A stretch of DNA of 64,000 nucleotides, from the NCBI RefSeq assembly GCF_009914755.1, contig NC_060936.1. One strand, given 5' to 3'. The notes under the pieces were generated by a model, which worked only from the letters and a program-made list of their open reading frames with translations, searched no databases and had not been told where the DNA came from. Of the stretch, positions 1-14,218 are shown in pieces; the first letter of the stretch is position 1; every line of letters starts with the position of its first letter. Source of the DNA: the human T2T-CHM13v2.0 reference genome, Homo sapiens. The position numbers and the translations under genes are program-made.

Positions 1-134
1 AAACACATTGGAGTCTATATTATATTACAGGTACAGGTACTTTTTTTTTTTTACTGTGACATACAATAAATAATACAATTTATAATGCCACCTAGGACAC
101 ACATACACAAGCAAATTTTCATTAAGAAATTCCT

Positions 135-430
<296 letters not shown>

Positions 431-631
431 GTGCTGAGCAAAGAGGGAAAAGCCCCTTATAAAACCATCAGATCTTGTGCAAACTCACTCACTATCATGA
501 GAACAGCAGCATGGGGGTAACTGCCCCCATGATTCAATTACCTCCCACCAAGTCCCTCCCATGACACATGGGGATTAGGGGAATTATAATTCAAGATGGG
601 GTTTGGGTGAGGACACAGCTGAACCATATCA
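431..631 (-). mobile_element. THE1-type (THE1C/D-like) MaLR LTR, partial
   Basis: AAGCCCCTTATAAAACCATCAGATCTTG...GATTCAATTACCTCCCAC...GGACACAGCTGAACCATATCA is the reverse complement of the THE1 5' part (TGATATGG start); the other end of the LTR is missing. Confidence 0.9.
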
Positions 632-654
632 TTGGGCCTGATTAATCACCTTAT

Positions 655-1490
655 TGCTGAATATTCCACCTGAGAGCTCTGTGGGCATTTCAAACTCAGC
701 TTATCCTGTATTGAACATTCAAAGGTTGTTCCTCTTCTGTGCTTCCTATTTCAGTGAGTGGCACTACCATTTAACCTGATGTTCATTTTCCACTCCTTTC
801 TCTCCCTCATTCTACCTTCCTATCAATTGCAAAGTCCTGTCATTGTCATTGTCCCTTCTAGATATCTGTAGAATATGTCCACTGGTCTACATCCTTGTAG
901 GATATCTGTTTAATTCATAGACTCATAGTGGTTTCTTTGCTTAGTCTATTTTTTTTTACGCTGCAGCCAGAGTTATTCTAAAACATAAATACATCCAAAC
1001 CACTCTTTGGCTTGAATCTAACCATGTTTCAGGTAGTTCTCAGATTAAAGTAAAAACTTTTTTAACAAGAACTTGCAAAACCCCTTTTTACCAGACTTTG
1101 TGCCATACGCAAACCTATTTTCTGCAACTTGAGAATGCCTTGCTCTCTATTCTTCAGTTATCTGCAAATAGTATTTCTTCTGCATAGGATTTTCTTTACT
1201 CCATCCTCCCAACCTTTTGGATGACTTCCTTGATCCGTAGCTTAAGCATCACTTCTTCCAAGAAGCCTTCCTGACTCCCTGGGCCATGTTTGATTTTCCA
1301 TCCGGTTGCTCTCAGTGCACTCTGAACTCTTCCCATGGTAACATTTATTATGCCATACCATAATTACCTATTTACAAATATGCACAAAGATAGGAATCAG
1401 TTTACCATGTTCATTTGTGCATCCCCAACTTCTAACACAAATCCTGTCATCAAGCAGATGCCCAATTAATATTTGCTGGATGAATTAAAG
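655..1490 (+). mobile_element. L2 LINE 3' region
   Basis: Degenerate L2 motifs in order: CATTTCAAACTCAGC, CTGCAGCCAGAGTTATTCTAAAAC, AGAAGCCTTCCTGAC, tail ...ATATTTGCTGGATGAAT; boundaries approximate. Confidence 0.8.
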
Positions 1491-1569
1491 AGAAATAACT
1501 TGGATTCAGGTATTAATGATAATTGATTATTATTAGCTATTGGTTCATATGAATAGTTGGTGTTCGTTG

Positions 1570-1775
1570 AGCATGCTTAACATTTTATTCTATCTCTTTC
1601 ATCCTTAAAACAACCAATTAAAGACCGGCAGTATTATCCTCACATTACAAATTAAAATCTGAAGCCCCTGAAAGTTTAGAATAACTTGCCCAAAGTTATG
1701 TAACTGCTAAACAACAAAATCAAAATAACCTGGGGCTACCTAAGTGAAACACTCATTCTTTTAATTTCTATACCA
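1570..1775 (-). mobile_element. MIR SINE
   Basis: ATCCTTAAAACAACC...GTATTATCCTCACATTACAAAT...ATAACTTGCCCAAAGT matches reverse MIR core. Confidence 0.7.
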
Positions 1776-2424
1776 GGTATGATGAACTTTCTGGATCTCT
1801 TTGTTCTCATAGAGCCTTCACAGAAGGTGGGTAACCAGAGAGGGATGTTGCTTAAGTCAGAGTCATCCTGAGCTGAGCCGTTATCTGTTCACCTATAAGG
1901 CCAGCTTCCATTTGCTGGGCCTGAAATGGAGCTCAAGACTTCAATATTTTCTTCAGTTTGTTTGGATGTATGTCAAAAAGCTTTTCTGAGAGTAAGCCTC
2001 CTAGTAGGTGCTGACCGAATGCTCCAGCAGTGGGCTCCTGTGTACCAAAGGGACATTGATTGATGGTGTCCACAGAGAGAGGGACACGAGGAGTCTGGAA
2101 ATTGAGGTGTTGATCATGCTTTGTCAGGAGGCATTTTGCATTCTCTTTGTGATTACTAATCCATTTGGGGAGTGGCCTTGTTTTTCATAATATTTCAGGA
2201 ACTACCACAGTGAATTGTGATCCTGGGATTTACATTATCATTGTAGCTCAGTGGAAATTCTGATAGACTATTGTTTCAGGACATTTTGGGGATTCATAGT
2301 CTAGTGATTTGATGTGACTTTAGGGATTTTGATTATGCCATTTTGGCCTGTGCCAGTCATCTTTATGATGGGTTGAACAGTTAAATAGAATGTCTTCCTC
2401 TTGTAAAACTCCAGACATATGCCA

Positions 2425-2600
2425 GATTTCATCTCATGTATTCTTCACTGCATCCGTCTTGGGCAAGAGAGTGGCAATTGTTCATTCTTTTACAGTGAGA
2501 AGGACAATGGGGGCCAGAGAGGTTAATTGGCTTACCTCATTGGGACATCCAGATTACAGTAGCTCAACATCATGAGTTTATGTTTCTGAATCAGACTATT
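2425..2600 (-). mobile_element. MIR SINE fragment
   Basis: TTTTACAGTGAGAAGGACAATGGGGGCCAGAGAGGTTAATTGGCTTACC resembles reverse MIR core. Confidence 0.6.
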
Positions 2601-2664
2601 TCATCTTACTGGAAGTGAAATGCACACTTTATATTTAAGGGTCCACAATTCTTCCATATATTTG

Positions 2665-3245
2665 CATTCATTCATTCATTCATTCAATGACTATGGAGAA
2701 ACTACTCTATGCCAGGTACTGAGGATAGAGCAGGAAATAAGACAGACAAGCTGTTAAGGAACTGATATTCTTATTGAACAGAGGGAACAGAAAACATCAC
2801 GTAAACATATTTAAATTTTTCATTTCAAATAGTAATGTTCTATAGATAAAATAAAAACAGAATAACAGGATAGAAGGTACCTGGGATAGATGAAGAAACA
2901 ATCACCAAAAAGCTTCCATTAGTTGGTATCATATGAGCTAACAGCAAAAGGATGAAAAAAGCCAACCTTGAAAAATCTAGAGGAGACCATTTCAGACAGA
3001 GAGAACAGCAAGGGCAAAGGCCCTGAGGGTAGAATGAGACTAGCATGGTCAAGGGCCAAAGAATAGAAATGCCAGATCTTACAGACCATGGTTCAGAGGG
3101 ATACCTTAGAGGATTTTTAAGCAGAGAAGTGATGGGGAGTTCATCTTTGTTATGACAAGATCTCTTCGATTGCCATGCAGAGGTGGACTGAAGGAGGCAA
3201 AGTATGAAACAGAATAGGAAGAGATTATTGCAGTGGTTCAATGGA
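2665..3245 (-). mobile_element. L2 LINE 3' end
   Basis: (CATT)n tail, CTATGCCAGGTACTGAGGATAGAGCAGGAAATAAGACAGACAAG, GAACAGCAAGGGCAAAGGCCCTGAG. Confidence 0.85.
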
Positions 3246-3254
3246 AGATCATTT

Positions 3255-3460
3255 TTTATTTTTAGTACTTAATTATGTGTCAGACATTGTAAGTGCTTTC
3301 CACACGTTTCTTATTTAATGCTCACAAAATTCTACAATGTAATTATCTTCATTTTTTTAGATAAAGAAATAGAAGGTTCAGAAGTTTAAATATCTCATAC
3401 AAGGCCACTTAATCTAAGTGGCAGAACCAGGATTTAATTTCAAAGTCTGTACTGTTAAAT
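3255..3460 (-). mobile_element. MIR SINE
   Basis: TATGTGTCAGACATTGTAAGTGCTTT...TTAATGCTCACAAAA...TAAGTGGCAGAACCAGGATTT. Confidence 0.75.
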
Positions 3461-3484
3461 GTTCTTTTCTAGCCCTGGCATATC

Positions 3485-3990
3485 TTAATTGTCTGCTGGG
3501 CCATTCCCCATGGATGTCCCTAAGACACTTTCAACCTATTATATCCAAAATCAAACTCATTGTCTTCTTCCCTAAACCAATTTTTTCCCCTTAGTTCCTC
3601 AATTATATTAATGGCATCACTCAGACTCAGTAATCCAGGCTAGGAACACTAATGTCTTCTTAACTGTCTTCACACTGTGCTTTTCTTCATTAATCTGCAT
3701 CAAATTTGTTGCATCCTTTTATCCATTTAAAGTATTATCTATCCCATTTCTATTCTTACCCTCATTGCCTTGGTTTGGGTCAGTTCAACAATTCCAATTC
3801 CAACTGACCCAATTGGGGAAATTTATTAGTTCCCCAATTCCTATTTCTGTCCTCTGTAATCTATATTCATCTTGCCTTTGGGTTTAGTTCTTATCCTAAA
3901 CCCAAGTTACATTATCCTCTTCCTTTTCAAATTCATTCCCCATTGGTCCCCATTGCTCTTAGAATGGAATTCACTCTTTTTAGCATGGCA
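3485..3990 (+). mobile_element. L2 LINE fragment
   Basis: TGGATGTCCCTAAGACACTTTCAACC...TCCAAAATCAAACTCATTGTC, AATGGCATCAC, CCCCATTGCTCTTAGAATGGAATTCACTC. Confidence 0.7.
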
Positions 3991-5009
3991 GTCAATTTAC
4001 TAATAATGGGTAGTTCATTTGTTGCTCTGAAGATTGCTTATTATTTTAGCTTTGACTTACTTTTTTTTGCCACTGATAACTCTCACCACATATAACCAGT
4101 CATGCAAAGAGGAAGGTTAGGAACACGCAGTCCAGCAATTCCTGATTGAACTGTTTAGATGTCCAGCATGAGCTATGCTAACCAATGGATGAGACACAGT
4201 GTTCAAGGGCCAATAGGTGTTTCCATAGCCTCCTGGTAGAGCTTGTTGACCTAACAGGTCTGGGAAGCCACTCAACTGGATGCATTTTTGTTGGATTGAA
4301 TTGCATGGAAGGTATACAAAGAAAGACCTGAGTTTTAATGACACACCAAAAAGAAAAGGCAGCCAATTCTTATGGATAGGAGTCCTTTTATTTAAAAAGT
4401 AAATGGAGATTTCTGGACAGCAGGAAATGCCCATTGCGTGTGAGATTTATCCTAATTCTATATTCAGTTTTGTTTATAGGCAACAGGTCCCTGTGGGTTT
4501 AAGTACTGAATAGAGGGCTAAGAAACAGGGGAACTGTGTGGTTATTTTCTGAGTTGAATTTTCAGACTTATAATTTAGGGATTTAATTCTGGTTGTTAGA
4601 AACCAGCCAGCATTCTCTGTCTTTAAGCACTGGTAGTCACCAGGCAAATATAAGGTGAAGTCTTTTCTGGCTTAACCCCAGTAAAGATTTCTCAAATGTA
4701 TGGTGGTTTTTTTTTCAGAGATGTTCTCTGGCCTACTAGATAATGAGAAAGAACATTTAATAATAAGTTATTTTGTTCTACCATTTCTCATTAAAGAAAT
4801 AAGAATTTTTAGTCCGTTTTCAGTGATGCTGAAGGAGATAAATTGTTTTCTGCTAGTTTTAAGAACTGTGCTAGCAGTTGTTCCCTTTTTTATTTCACAG
4901 AATAAATAATAGTTTTTAAAGATAAGGTAGCAAAGCTCCGTATTTTCTATATTTGATTTTAAGGTGGAGGATAATTTTTTAATGTCTGTAGTATAAGTGA
5001 ATTATAATT

Positions 5010-5290
5010 TTAAGCAAAATATACATGTTTAGCTGACAATCTTGTATTGTACAAATAATACTATAACAACAATAACAGAAATCAACCAAGAAAAAAAGAA
5101 AAGAGAAAAAAGTCTCTTATCTTGCCATTCTAAAATCAGCTGTTTTAATGTTTCCTTCCAGTTACTGTCAATATGTTATCTAATTTTCACATAGTTACAA
5201 TCTTAGCATAGACAAGACTTTATAATCTTTTTTTTGCGTCTAATGTTACATAAGCCTTTTTTTTCCACACCCACTTCACATTTTTAAACC
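5010..5290 (-). mobile_element. Possible old L1ME 3'-end fragment
   Basis: AAAATATACATGTTT...TTCCTTCCAGT...TTTTCACATAGTTACAATCTTAGCATAGACA resembles reversed L1ME 3'UTR; highly diverged. Confidence 0.4.
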
Positions 5291-5801
5291 CTAATGTGCT
5301 TTTGTAATAAAATTGCTAGACAATAATAGATTTCTTCAAAAAGGGTCACTAAGTTCTGGAAATGAAAGGTTTTCCTTGGATTTCTCAACATTACCATATT
5401 GTGGTGAATCACACTTTACTGTTTCAGCTAAAGACAACAGTCTGCCAGGGGTCAAACAGAGCTCCTAAGATAAACAGTCCTAGGACACAAAGGGCCATAA
5501 CATCATCTGTGAATGCTGAGACCTCAATTCTCCTTACCTGTTCTAACAAGAGTACAAAGCTCATTAGATTTTACCCTTATGTCATTGAAGCTACTGCCTA
5601 ATTTAATGGCAAGTAAAGTAAATGCATCTCGGGCCTTTGGTTTGCTACATTTACTAGGTACTCAATAAAATAAAGGCCATTGATAACTTTAGCATAGATT
5701 CTAATGACAATGCAGAACCTACTGTGCATTCAGTCTTCCCAAAGCTCCCAAGCTATTCCACCAAGGGAAAGACCGTTTTGTCATTAGAGGCAAAGGGAGG
5801 G

Positions 5802-6020
5802 TTTTTTCTTTTTTTTTAAGAGACAGGGTCATGCTCTTTCACCCAGGGTGGAGTGCAGTGGTGTGATCATGGCTCACTGCAGCTTTGAACTCCTGGGCTC
5901 CAGGGACCCTCCCACCTCAGCCTCCTGAATAGCTAGGACTGCAAGTGCGTGCTAGTACTCTTAGCTATTAGTACAGGCCTGGCTAATTTTTATTTTTATT
6001 TTTTTTTGTAGAGATGGGGG
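5802..6020 (-). mobile_element. AluJ SINE, first part (split by an LTR)
   Basis: Poly-T, AGACAGGGTC, GATCATGGCTCACTGCAGC...TCCTGGGCTC (J-type), linker TTTTTGTAGAGATGGGG; continues at 6652. Confidence 0.92.
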
Positions 6021-6793
<773 letters not shown>

Positions 6794-7593
6794 TAAAGGC
6801 GATGTATAAAGAGTTATAGGGATCTTTCGTTTGCTTTTCCTCATATTTGTTGAGAACTGTGTAGGAATTTCCCATGGATTTGATATTTGCCCATTAACAG
6901 ACACCAAGAGAAGTAGTCAGAAAACATTCCCTAAAATAAAGTGTGAGCCAACTCAGTGGTCTTCTTTGGAAGAGACCTGAGGGGAGGGAAGGTCACGTAG
7001 TGATAAGCAGGGATGCAGACTATGGGGTCTGACTCATGAACTTCATATGTCACAGTTAATAGTCAGAAGACCATGGAAGGTCACATCCAGGCACAGGGAC
7101 CTGGTGAGGCGTGTGTGTATGTATCTACAACACAGAAATTAAGATGCGCCAAAGAGAGCAAGTGACAGGGCTCTCTCCCTATTTCTCACTTGGCATATGA
7201 GATGACCTTCAGGAGCTTCTGTTCTGTATGTCCCATTTATTAGACCAAAGTGTTCTAGAGTTTAATGTGCTAATATTCATAAGCTTTGTTAATTACAACA
7301 TTATCATCTCTGCTGTCATCATCTTCATCAGCCTCAGCCAGGGAAGACCGAATGTCCTTGGCCAACGAGGCCTGCAAAAATATGAATTTTACCTCAGGCT
7401 CGCCTAGTTTTTAAAAAATAAATATTGCTGATAATGATTTACTGGCATTCATAGATGAGATGACAAACTGCTCATCAGGCCCCCACTAATGCAAGGACGC
7501 AATGGCCAAATGACCAAATACTGGGCTGTTGCTTACAGGACAAGCTGGATATGCTTACTTCCACTCTAACCACAGCTGGGCTACTGTGGTTTG

Positions 7594-8820
7594 CTCATTC
7601 ATTCATTCCTTCATTGAGGAAGTACTGGTAGAGTGTCTACTCTGTGTCAGGTATTGTGCTAGAGGCTGGGCTCTCTGCACGAGCAAAGCAGGCGAATCCT
7701 GCTGTCAATGAGCCTTCTGGTGGAGAAGACAGGTGTATTCTAAAAATCTCATACGTAAGTGCAGAAGTAAATCTGTGTTGGGTGCAAAAAAGGAGACTGC
7801 GGGTGCAGAGGAAGGGGTGGTGACCTGGGCAGAGGCTTCTTCATGAAGTGATGATTGACCCATGGCTGGAAAAAAGATTAACAAAAAATTGCAGACATTT
7901 ACGAAGTGGGCATTATGTGCCAGTCTCAGATTTTAGTGCTTTCTATGAATAATCTCTGTGAAGTATGGACTCATGTTAACATACAGGTGAGAAACTTAGG
8001 CTTAGATACAGTATATAACTTGTTTAGGACCCCCCAGTGGGTGAGTAGAGGAGTGGGTTTTGGAACTCAGTTTGATTCCAAAGCCTGGGGTCCTAATCAC
8101 CATGATATAATGCTGTCTTCTATTCTCCCTGAAGTAGAAGTTAACCAGGTGGAAAGGATGGTGGGAAGGAAGTACCAGGCAGGTGGAACAGCATGTGCAG
8201 AGCCCAGAGGTGGAAGAGAACTGGAATTATGTGAGGAAGCACAGAGAAGACACACTAGCCAGGGCATGTGGGTGGGGGAGAATGTGGGGTGAGGCAGGGA
8301 GGTGGGCAGAGCCAGGCCACATATTGCCTGAACAGTCAAGTCAGACTGTGGCCCTGCCCAAGAGGAAGTCACTGCAGGGATCTAAGCAGGAGTGACCATG
8401 ATCAGAGTTGAGTTTTGAAAAGGTCACTCTAGCTGCAGTGCAGAGCTTAGAAGGGGGCAAAAGCAGATTTGAGGAGACAAATTAAAAGCCCTTTGGTTGG
8501 GGGTGAAGTTGAGAGCAATAGAGGTGTAGAAGCAAGTCCTGACTTTTGAACTTTGGCAGTTTTGATGGATAATGATATCATTTATCGGGCAGGGAACAGT
8601 ACAGGATGACACTGTTTGGAAGAAAAGGTCATGAATTTGATTTGGGCAGGTTGAAGTTGAGGAGCCTTGAAGGTATCCACGTGTTTTCTAGTAGGTAGTT
8701 TTATATATAGCTTAGGAGCTCAGGAAGAGGTTAGGGCAGCAGACAGACAGACATTTGTGGGTAATTCCAGGAGAGGCGGTAATTGTGCCCATAGGCATGG
8801 GTGACAGGGTCTAGGGAGAG
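7594..8820 (-). mobile_element. L2 LINE 3' region, interrupted by a MIR
   Basis: CTCATTCATTCATTC tail, GAGTGTCTACTCTGTGTCAGGTATTGTGCTAG, GAACAGCATGTGCAGAGCCCAGAGG, CTAAGCAGGAGTGACCATGATCAGA, TTTGGGCAGGTTGAAGTTGAGG. Confidence 0.85.
7885..8115 (-). mobile_element. MIR SINE nested in L2
   Basis: TACAGGTGAGAAACTTAGGCTTAGA...GTTTGATTCCAAAGCCTGGGGTCCTAATCACCATG. Confidence 0.7.
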
Positions 8821-9573
8821 AATCTTTGTATTTTCACTGCCCCTTCCTATGCTTTCTTCTTTCTAATTTGCTTCTGAGGAGTATGTGTCCTTTTTCTTTG
8901 TCAGGTTAACCCCTCTAACTGCCAGCCTGATTCCCTTGACCTTTCCCCATCAATTCTTCCCTTGTCATTTCCATCTTCATTCTATAATCCTCTATCAAAC
9001 TCCCTAAAGTCCATTTCTGTGCTGTGTACCTACTCATTTTTCACTATCTTGAATGCTGACTTTTCTATTCTCAGCCCCACTAAAGTGTCTTTTTCAGAGG
9101 CAACTGTTGACCTATGCACTGGATCCAAGTGCTCATCTCAGGCTATGCGTCTCTGGCTTCTTCTTAGCATTTGATTGTTGCTTCTCTCATTTAAGCATCC
9201 CCCTCTCTGCTTCCCTGGCATTCTTTTCTCAGTTCTCCTTTCTCTTTACATACTTCTCTTTCTACTTCTCTATACATGTACGTGTCCTCCGGAATGTTTT
9301 CTTCTTCCTGCTTCTAGACCTACACTTGCTACCTCAGCTATCTTGTTCAATCCTGTGGCCTTAACCATCACTCCCATGAGGATAGTACTCATATGTATCT
9401 TTCTTGCCAGGACCCGAGTACCTCAGACCCGAATATCCAACTGATGGCTAGACACCAATGGCATCTCAAACTCAGCATGGCCCATACCAAATATTTTCTT
9501 TTCCTCTGAAACAAGTCAGTGTTCTACACTGTCAATTTCAGTTGAGTTCCTCTTTTTTCATTAATTCTCTTGA

Positions 9574-10056
<483 letters not shown>

Positions 10057-10849
10057 GAATTCTATATTTTTACTTTAAATGAACTGTATACTCAATCCAG
10101 ATGATATTACTCCTTAGCCTAACAACTTTAATGATCCTCTATTGTCACTGAATTAAATACTAACCCTTAGCCTGTTTTTAAGGACCCTCTTAACATGATG
10201 CTGGCATAGCCTCCCACCTTTATCTCCTAATACCATCTGACATATATGAGCCACATATGGCAGCCTTTCCTACAGACTGTGTTACACTTGAAGGCAGACA
10301 TCTGTGCCTCAAAATCCTTGTATCACCTATACTTCACACTTAGAACACAGTAGTTACTCACTAAAGTTTTGTTGTGTGCATGGAAAATTATGTACTAGTT
10401 CATATGACTGTCTGATAATTCCCAGTCCTTGTGTTTGCTCGTGGGGTGCTTCTGACATGGAGGGACCTCACCTTTTTGTATGCAAAAGTGGATGATGTAG
10501 GCAAAAGTGTCATTTAAAATTGTGAATTTATATCTGTATCTATAGCTATATTACCAGTTTATTAAAAGTCTGCTCAACCTTTGACTTAAGAGCCATTCCA
10601 TTTTGGGAACTTCAAAGTGCCTCTCTTTCTTACTTTAAAAAAAAATTATTTTAAGTACTATAGAGCAAGAAAATTTCATGTGGTCCCTAACCTTATATCT
10701 GTGTTGTATTTGATCATGAGGTTTACTTCTGTTAGACCTTTGATTCTTAAGAGTAATTTGAAGACTTGCCATCCCCTCTGGTTCCCCACAATCTGTTTCT
10801 GATCCCTAGTTCCCTGCAGTATTTCCCAGCAATCGGCCACTTCATTTAG

Positions 10850-10955
10850 CATTTTGTGAACTGGGGTTGCGTCTTGCTCAGATTTAGGTCCCTGAAGCAC
10901 TTAACATGATGGCTTACCCATAGAAGTTTCTCAATATTTGCGGATCTGAATTAAG
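10850..10955 (+). mobile_element. L2 3'-terminal fragment
   Basis: GTCTTGCTCAGATTTAGGTCCCTGAAGCACTTAACATGATGGCTTACCCATAGAAGTTTCTCAATATTTG. Confidence 0.55.
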
Positions 10956-11944
10956 TGAAATGATATATATGGCTACCAATATCTTCCATTCTAAGTGAAA
11001 AATGAGTCAAAGATTCAGACCTATGTTTATTTTGTTTTCAATAGCCAGAGAAAAAGTGACAATGATCTTCTCATGGAATTGGCAAAAGGAGCAATGTAAC
11101 CATGTGTACCACAAAGAGTAGCTGTCTCTGCCATTTGGTTTGGAGAATAAATGAAATGAAGCCATTATGAGGGCGGAAACATAAATATTATGCAAAAACA
11201 GGCATGTTTCGGTGGAGTTAATCTCTGTGCAATCCTTTCCTTCCAAGCCCAGCAGCTCTGCTGGATTCTAGTTACCAACCAAGCCCTGGGCAGGCCCTTC
11301 AAATGCATCATGGCCTTGTTTCTATCCCCAGGCTGGTAAGTCAGTTACATAAAATTACATGTTGTTTTCAGGAACCTGTATTTGTGATTTGAAGTTGGTC
11401 ACTCCTTAATTGGCTAACAGGTATAATTCTAGAATTTTCCTAATTATTCCCATGAATATAAAATGTTTTGAACCTTGTAGGATTTTTTTTTTCCTCTGGG
11501 ATGTGATTTACTCCTGGCTGCTCTTTTTCAAAAAATAAACTGGATGATGGCCAGAATCATAGGGTGAAAAAATAGCCCTGATGAAAGTGTTCTGGACAAC
11601 TCTTCCAAAGCAGCCACTGGATTATGGGAAAAACGTTTACAGGGAGAAACCACAGAGCATGGTAAGCAGGTTCAGATTTGGTCATCAATAAGTCTATTGT
11701 TCTTATCTGGGAACCTTTTTGTTCATGGAAGTCCTTCAAAAGGGCCACACCCCTTCAGTTCTGTAGAGGTTCCCAGACAGTGACTTGGGGTGGAAAATAA
11801 AAGGAGGACTTTTTGTTTCTGACGGGGAGCTTCGCCAGGCCTTACTAGGGACTGATCTTACTTATAGCAGTGAGGCAGGCACATGGTCGATGTGCATATG
11901 AGCTGCAACGCAGAGGTCACTCCCAGGCTGGGTCAGGTGTCATC

Positions 11945-12095
11945 TGAGTTAGGAGATCCAAGTGTGAGGACCAGCAGCTCTAAGTGGGAAGCAAGTTATT
12001 TTATTTAGTCCCCAGGATATTTATTTGTAATATGAGTACAATAATTCCTGGGTCTAGCCTCTTTCACAAAGTTGTTACATTGATCAAATCAGAAG
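11945..12095 (+). mobile_element. MIR SINE fragment
   Basis: GAGTTAGGAGATCC...GCAAGTTATTT...TTGTAATATGAGTACAATAAT...TCACAAAGTTGTTACATTGATCAAAT. Confidence 0.55.
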
Positions 12096-12487
12096 TGAGA
12101 GAAATAAAAAAAAAGGTAACATTGTTATCACAGCATTTTGAGATGCTGAGAATGTTATAGAAATATAGCATGCTCTTATACTTTTATTTCATTTTGAAAG
12201 AGGCAATACCCTTTTATCTTTATTAAGTGCCCTCAGAGATTAATGAGAGATGTTTAAATGAGTGTGAATATGTGAATTCACAGCCTTTCTCCACTGCAGA
12301 ATGGTGAAACGATTCCAAGATGTTCTTCCTGGGTTTGAAGTCTTTGCCTGAACACAATTATGCAATGATTTGAAAGTCAGTTCCAAGATCTCTTGAACTG
12401 CTTATGAGACATTTTGTTTATTAAATAATTTTCTGAAATTGACTAGGTTTTAGTGACTCATGGATTCATGCAAACATATGCATGACA

Positions 12488-12660
12488 TTTAGAATTATAG
12501 AACTAGAGGGGAAGAGATCAGCTAATGCACCCTGTGTTTTACAGTAAAGGAAATGGTGCCAAGAAGTCTAAATGACTTGCCCAGAGCTATATGAAGGTGT
12601 CCATGAGAAAACTGGGGCTAGAACCCAGACCTCCAATTCCCGGCTCGGAGTTCTTTCTTT
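12488..12660 (-). mobile_element. MIR3/MIRc SINE
   Basis: TTTAGAATTATAGAACTAGAGGG...TTTTACAGTAAAGGAAA...AAATGACTTGCCCAGAG...GGGCTAGAACCCAGACCTCC. Confidence 0.7.
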
Positions 12661-12897
12661 TGAACAGATTTTCCGTGAATATTCTGATTACATATGCTAT
12701 TTCCATGGTCAATGCTAAGCCCTTGGAAAAAAACAAAAATGACATTTTGCCCCCCAGTGATCTCAAGGTAAGATAAATATTTTATAATTGTAATGCATGG
12801 TGTCTTTAAAGAATGTACAATTCTCTGCAAAATTTATAACCCAGAAATGCTTTCAGGTACATTTAATCTTTACAATTCAGGTAAAGATTGTTATTTA

Positions 12898-13063
12898 ATT
12901 AATTAATTAATTTTTTGAGACAGGGTCTCACTCTGTTGCCCAGGTTGGAGTGCAGTGGCATGATCATGGCTCACTGCAGACTTGACCTCTCGGGCCCAAT
13001 TGATCCTCCCACTTCAACCTCCCAAGTAGCTGAGACTACAGGCACAAGCCACCACACCTGGCT
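12898..13063 (-). mobile_element. Free right Alu monomer (FRAM) or 5'-truncated AluJ with intact TSD
   Basis: Single Alu right arm with (ATTA)n tail; perfect 14-bp TSD AAGATTGTTATTTA at 12884-12897 and 13064-13077. Confidence 0.93.
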
Positions 13064-13429
13064 AAGATTGTTATTTATGCTATATATGGAAACTACCAAG
13101 TAAGAGAGAGTGGCTTGGTCAAGGTTTCTAAAAATTGAAACAGACTTAAAAAAGATTGGGTTTTCAATTCCATTCTTGGAGTTTTTAAAAATGCAACATG
13201 AAAATTGATATTTAAGTATTTTTAAAAATGAGTATTAGTCATGGAGATAAGACTGTCCCTACTTCCCTCCTTTGTTTGGCTCTAAGCTGATGCTGGACTC
13301 TGCCCTAGTGTATCCTTAAAAGCTGATGTTCATGTCACGGCAACATTCCAATCCACAATGGATTGAGTTTTCCAGTTCATCAACAAAATCTCACTTACTT
13401 GAGAAAGGCTTGTCTGAAATCAGTAGTAG

Positions 13430-13655
13430 TGGTAGTAATAATAATAATAATGATAATAAACAATTGATATTTATCAAACACTGATTGTTTCCAGGTTCTG
13501 TTCTAGACACTTTACAGGTATTAACTGATTTGATCTTTCCGGCAAGCCTATGAATAGACACCATTATTATCTCAATTTTGCAGATGTTGAGACTGAGGCA
13601 CAGAAAGCTTAAGTAACTTGCTCCACGTAACACAGTTAGCAAATGGCCGATAAGT
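13430..13655 (-). mobile_element. MIR SINE with (AAT)n tail
   Basis: TTCTAGACACTTTACAGGTATTAACTGATTTGATC...ATTTTGCAGATGTTGAGACTGAGGCACAGAAAGCTTAAGTAACTTGC. Confidence 0.85.
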
Positions 13656-13741
13656 TACATTTCGATTTTTGTTGTTCTTATTAAAAATGTTTACAATGAT
13701 CATTTTTATATAATAACTCTAGTAGTTCAGTTATTTGTTTT

Positions 13742-13830
13742 GGGGCAAAGATTCTCCTTGAACCTCAGTTTTCAACTCTAAAACAATTGGGTTGAAGTGG
13801 TTGACCTTGAGGGTTTGCTCTAGTTCTACA
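13742..13830 (+). mobile_element. MIR3-like SINE fragment
   Basis: GGGCAAAG...TTGAACCTCAGTTTTCAACTCTAAAAC...GACCTTGAGGGTTTGCTCTAGTTCTA. Confidence 0.55.
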
Positions 13831-14218
13831 TGGTTACCAATTTATCACATCCTCTCACATCCTTCTTATGCTCTGTGGACCTAGGCTGTCCTGTCACACT
13901 CAGTTCCCTTCCTTCCCTGCCTTGCTCGATTTCCAGGGATAAACAAAAGTCACACATTTTTATCAGTTTTATTTGTATATAAACATAAGATGAGCTAGTC
14001 CTTCAAGACTTTTTAACTTGGGGAAAAACAAGGAAACTAAATAACCACTCCTGCTCTCCCTCTTTTCTCTCTCCCACTTCTTAAAATATTTGTTTTAGCA
14101 AACCCGTTTATCAAAGGTAATACAAAGTCCTCCACTAAGGAATATGAGGTCCAAAAATCCTACAGTTCTTTCCTTTATCCCAACATGTTTATACAGACAA
14201 AACCAGGTTAAAATCGAC

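Noticed and set aside
7330-7530. Non-repeat blocks that look like conserved non-coding elements (also about 4100-4450 and 11000-11250)
   Set aside because: Conservation cannot be judged from one sequence, and I saw no decisive motif or repeat match.
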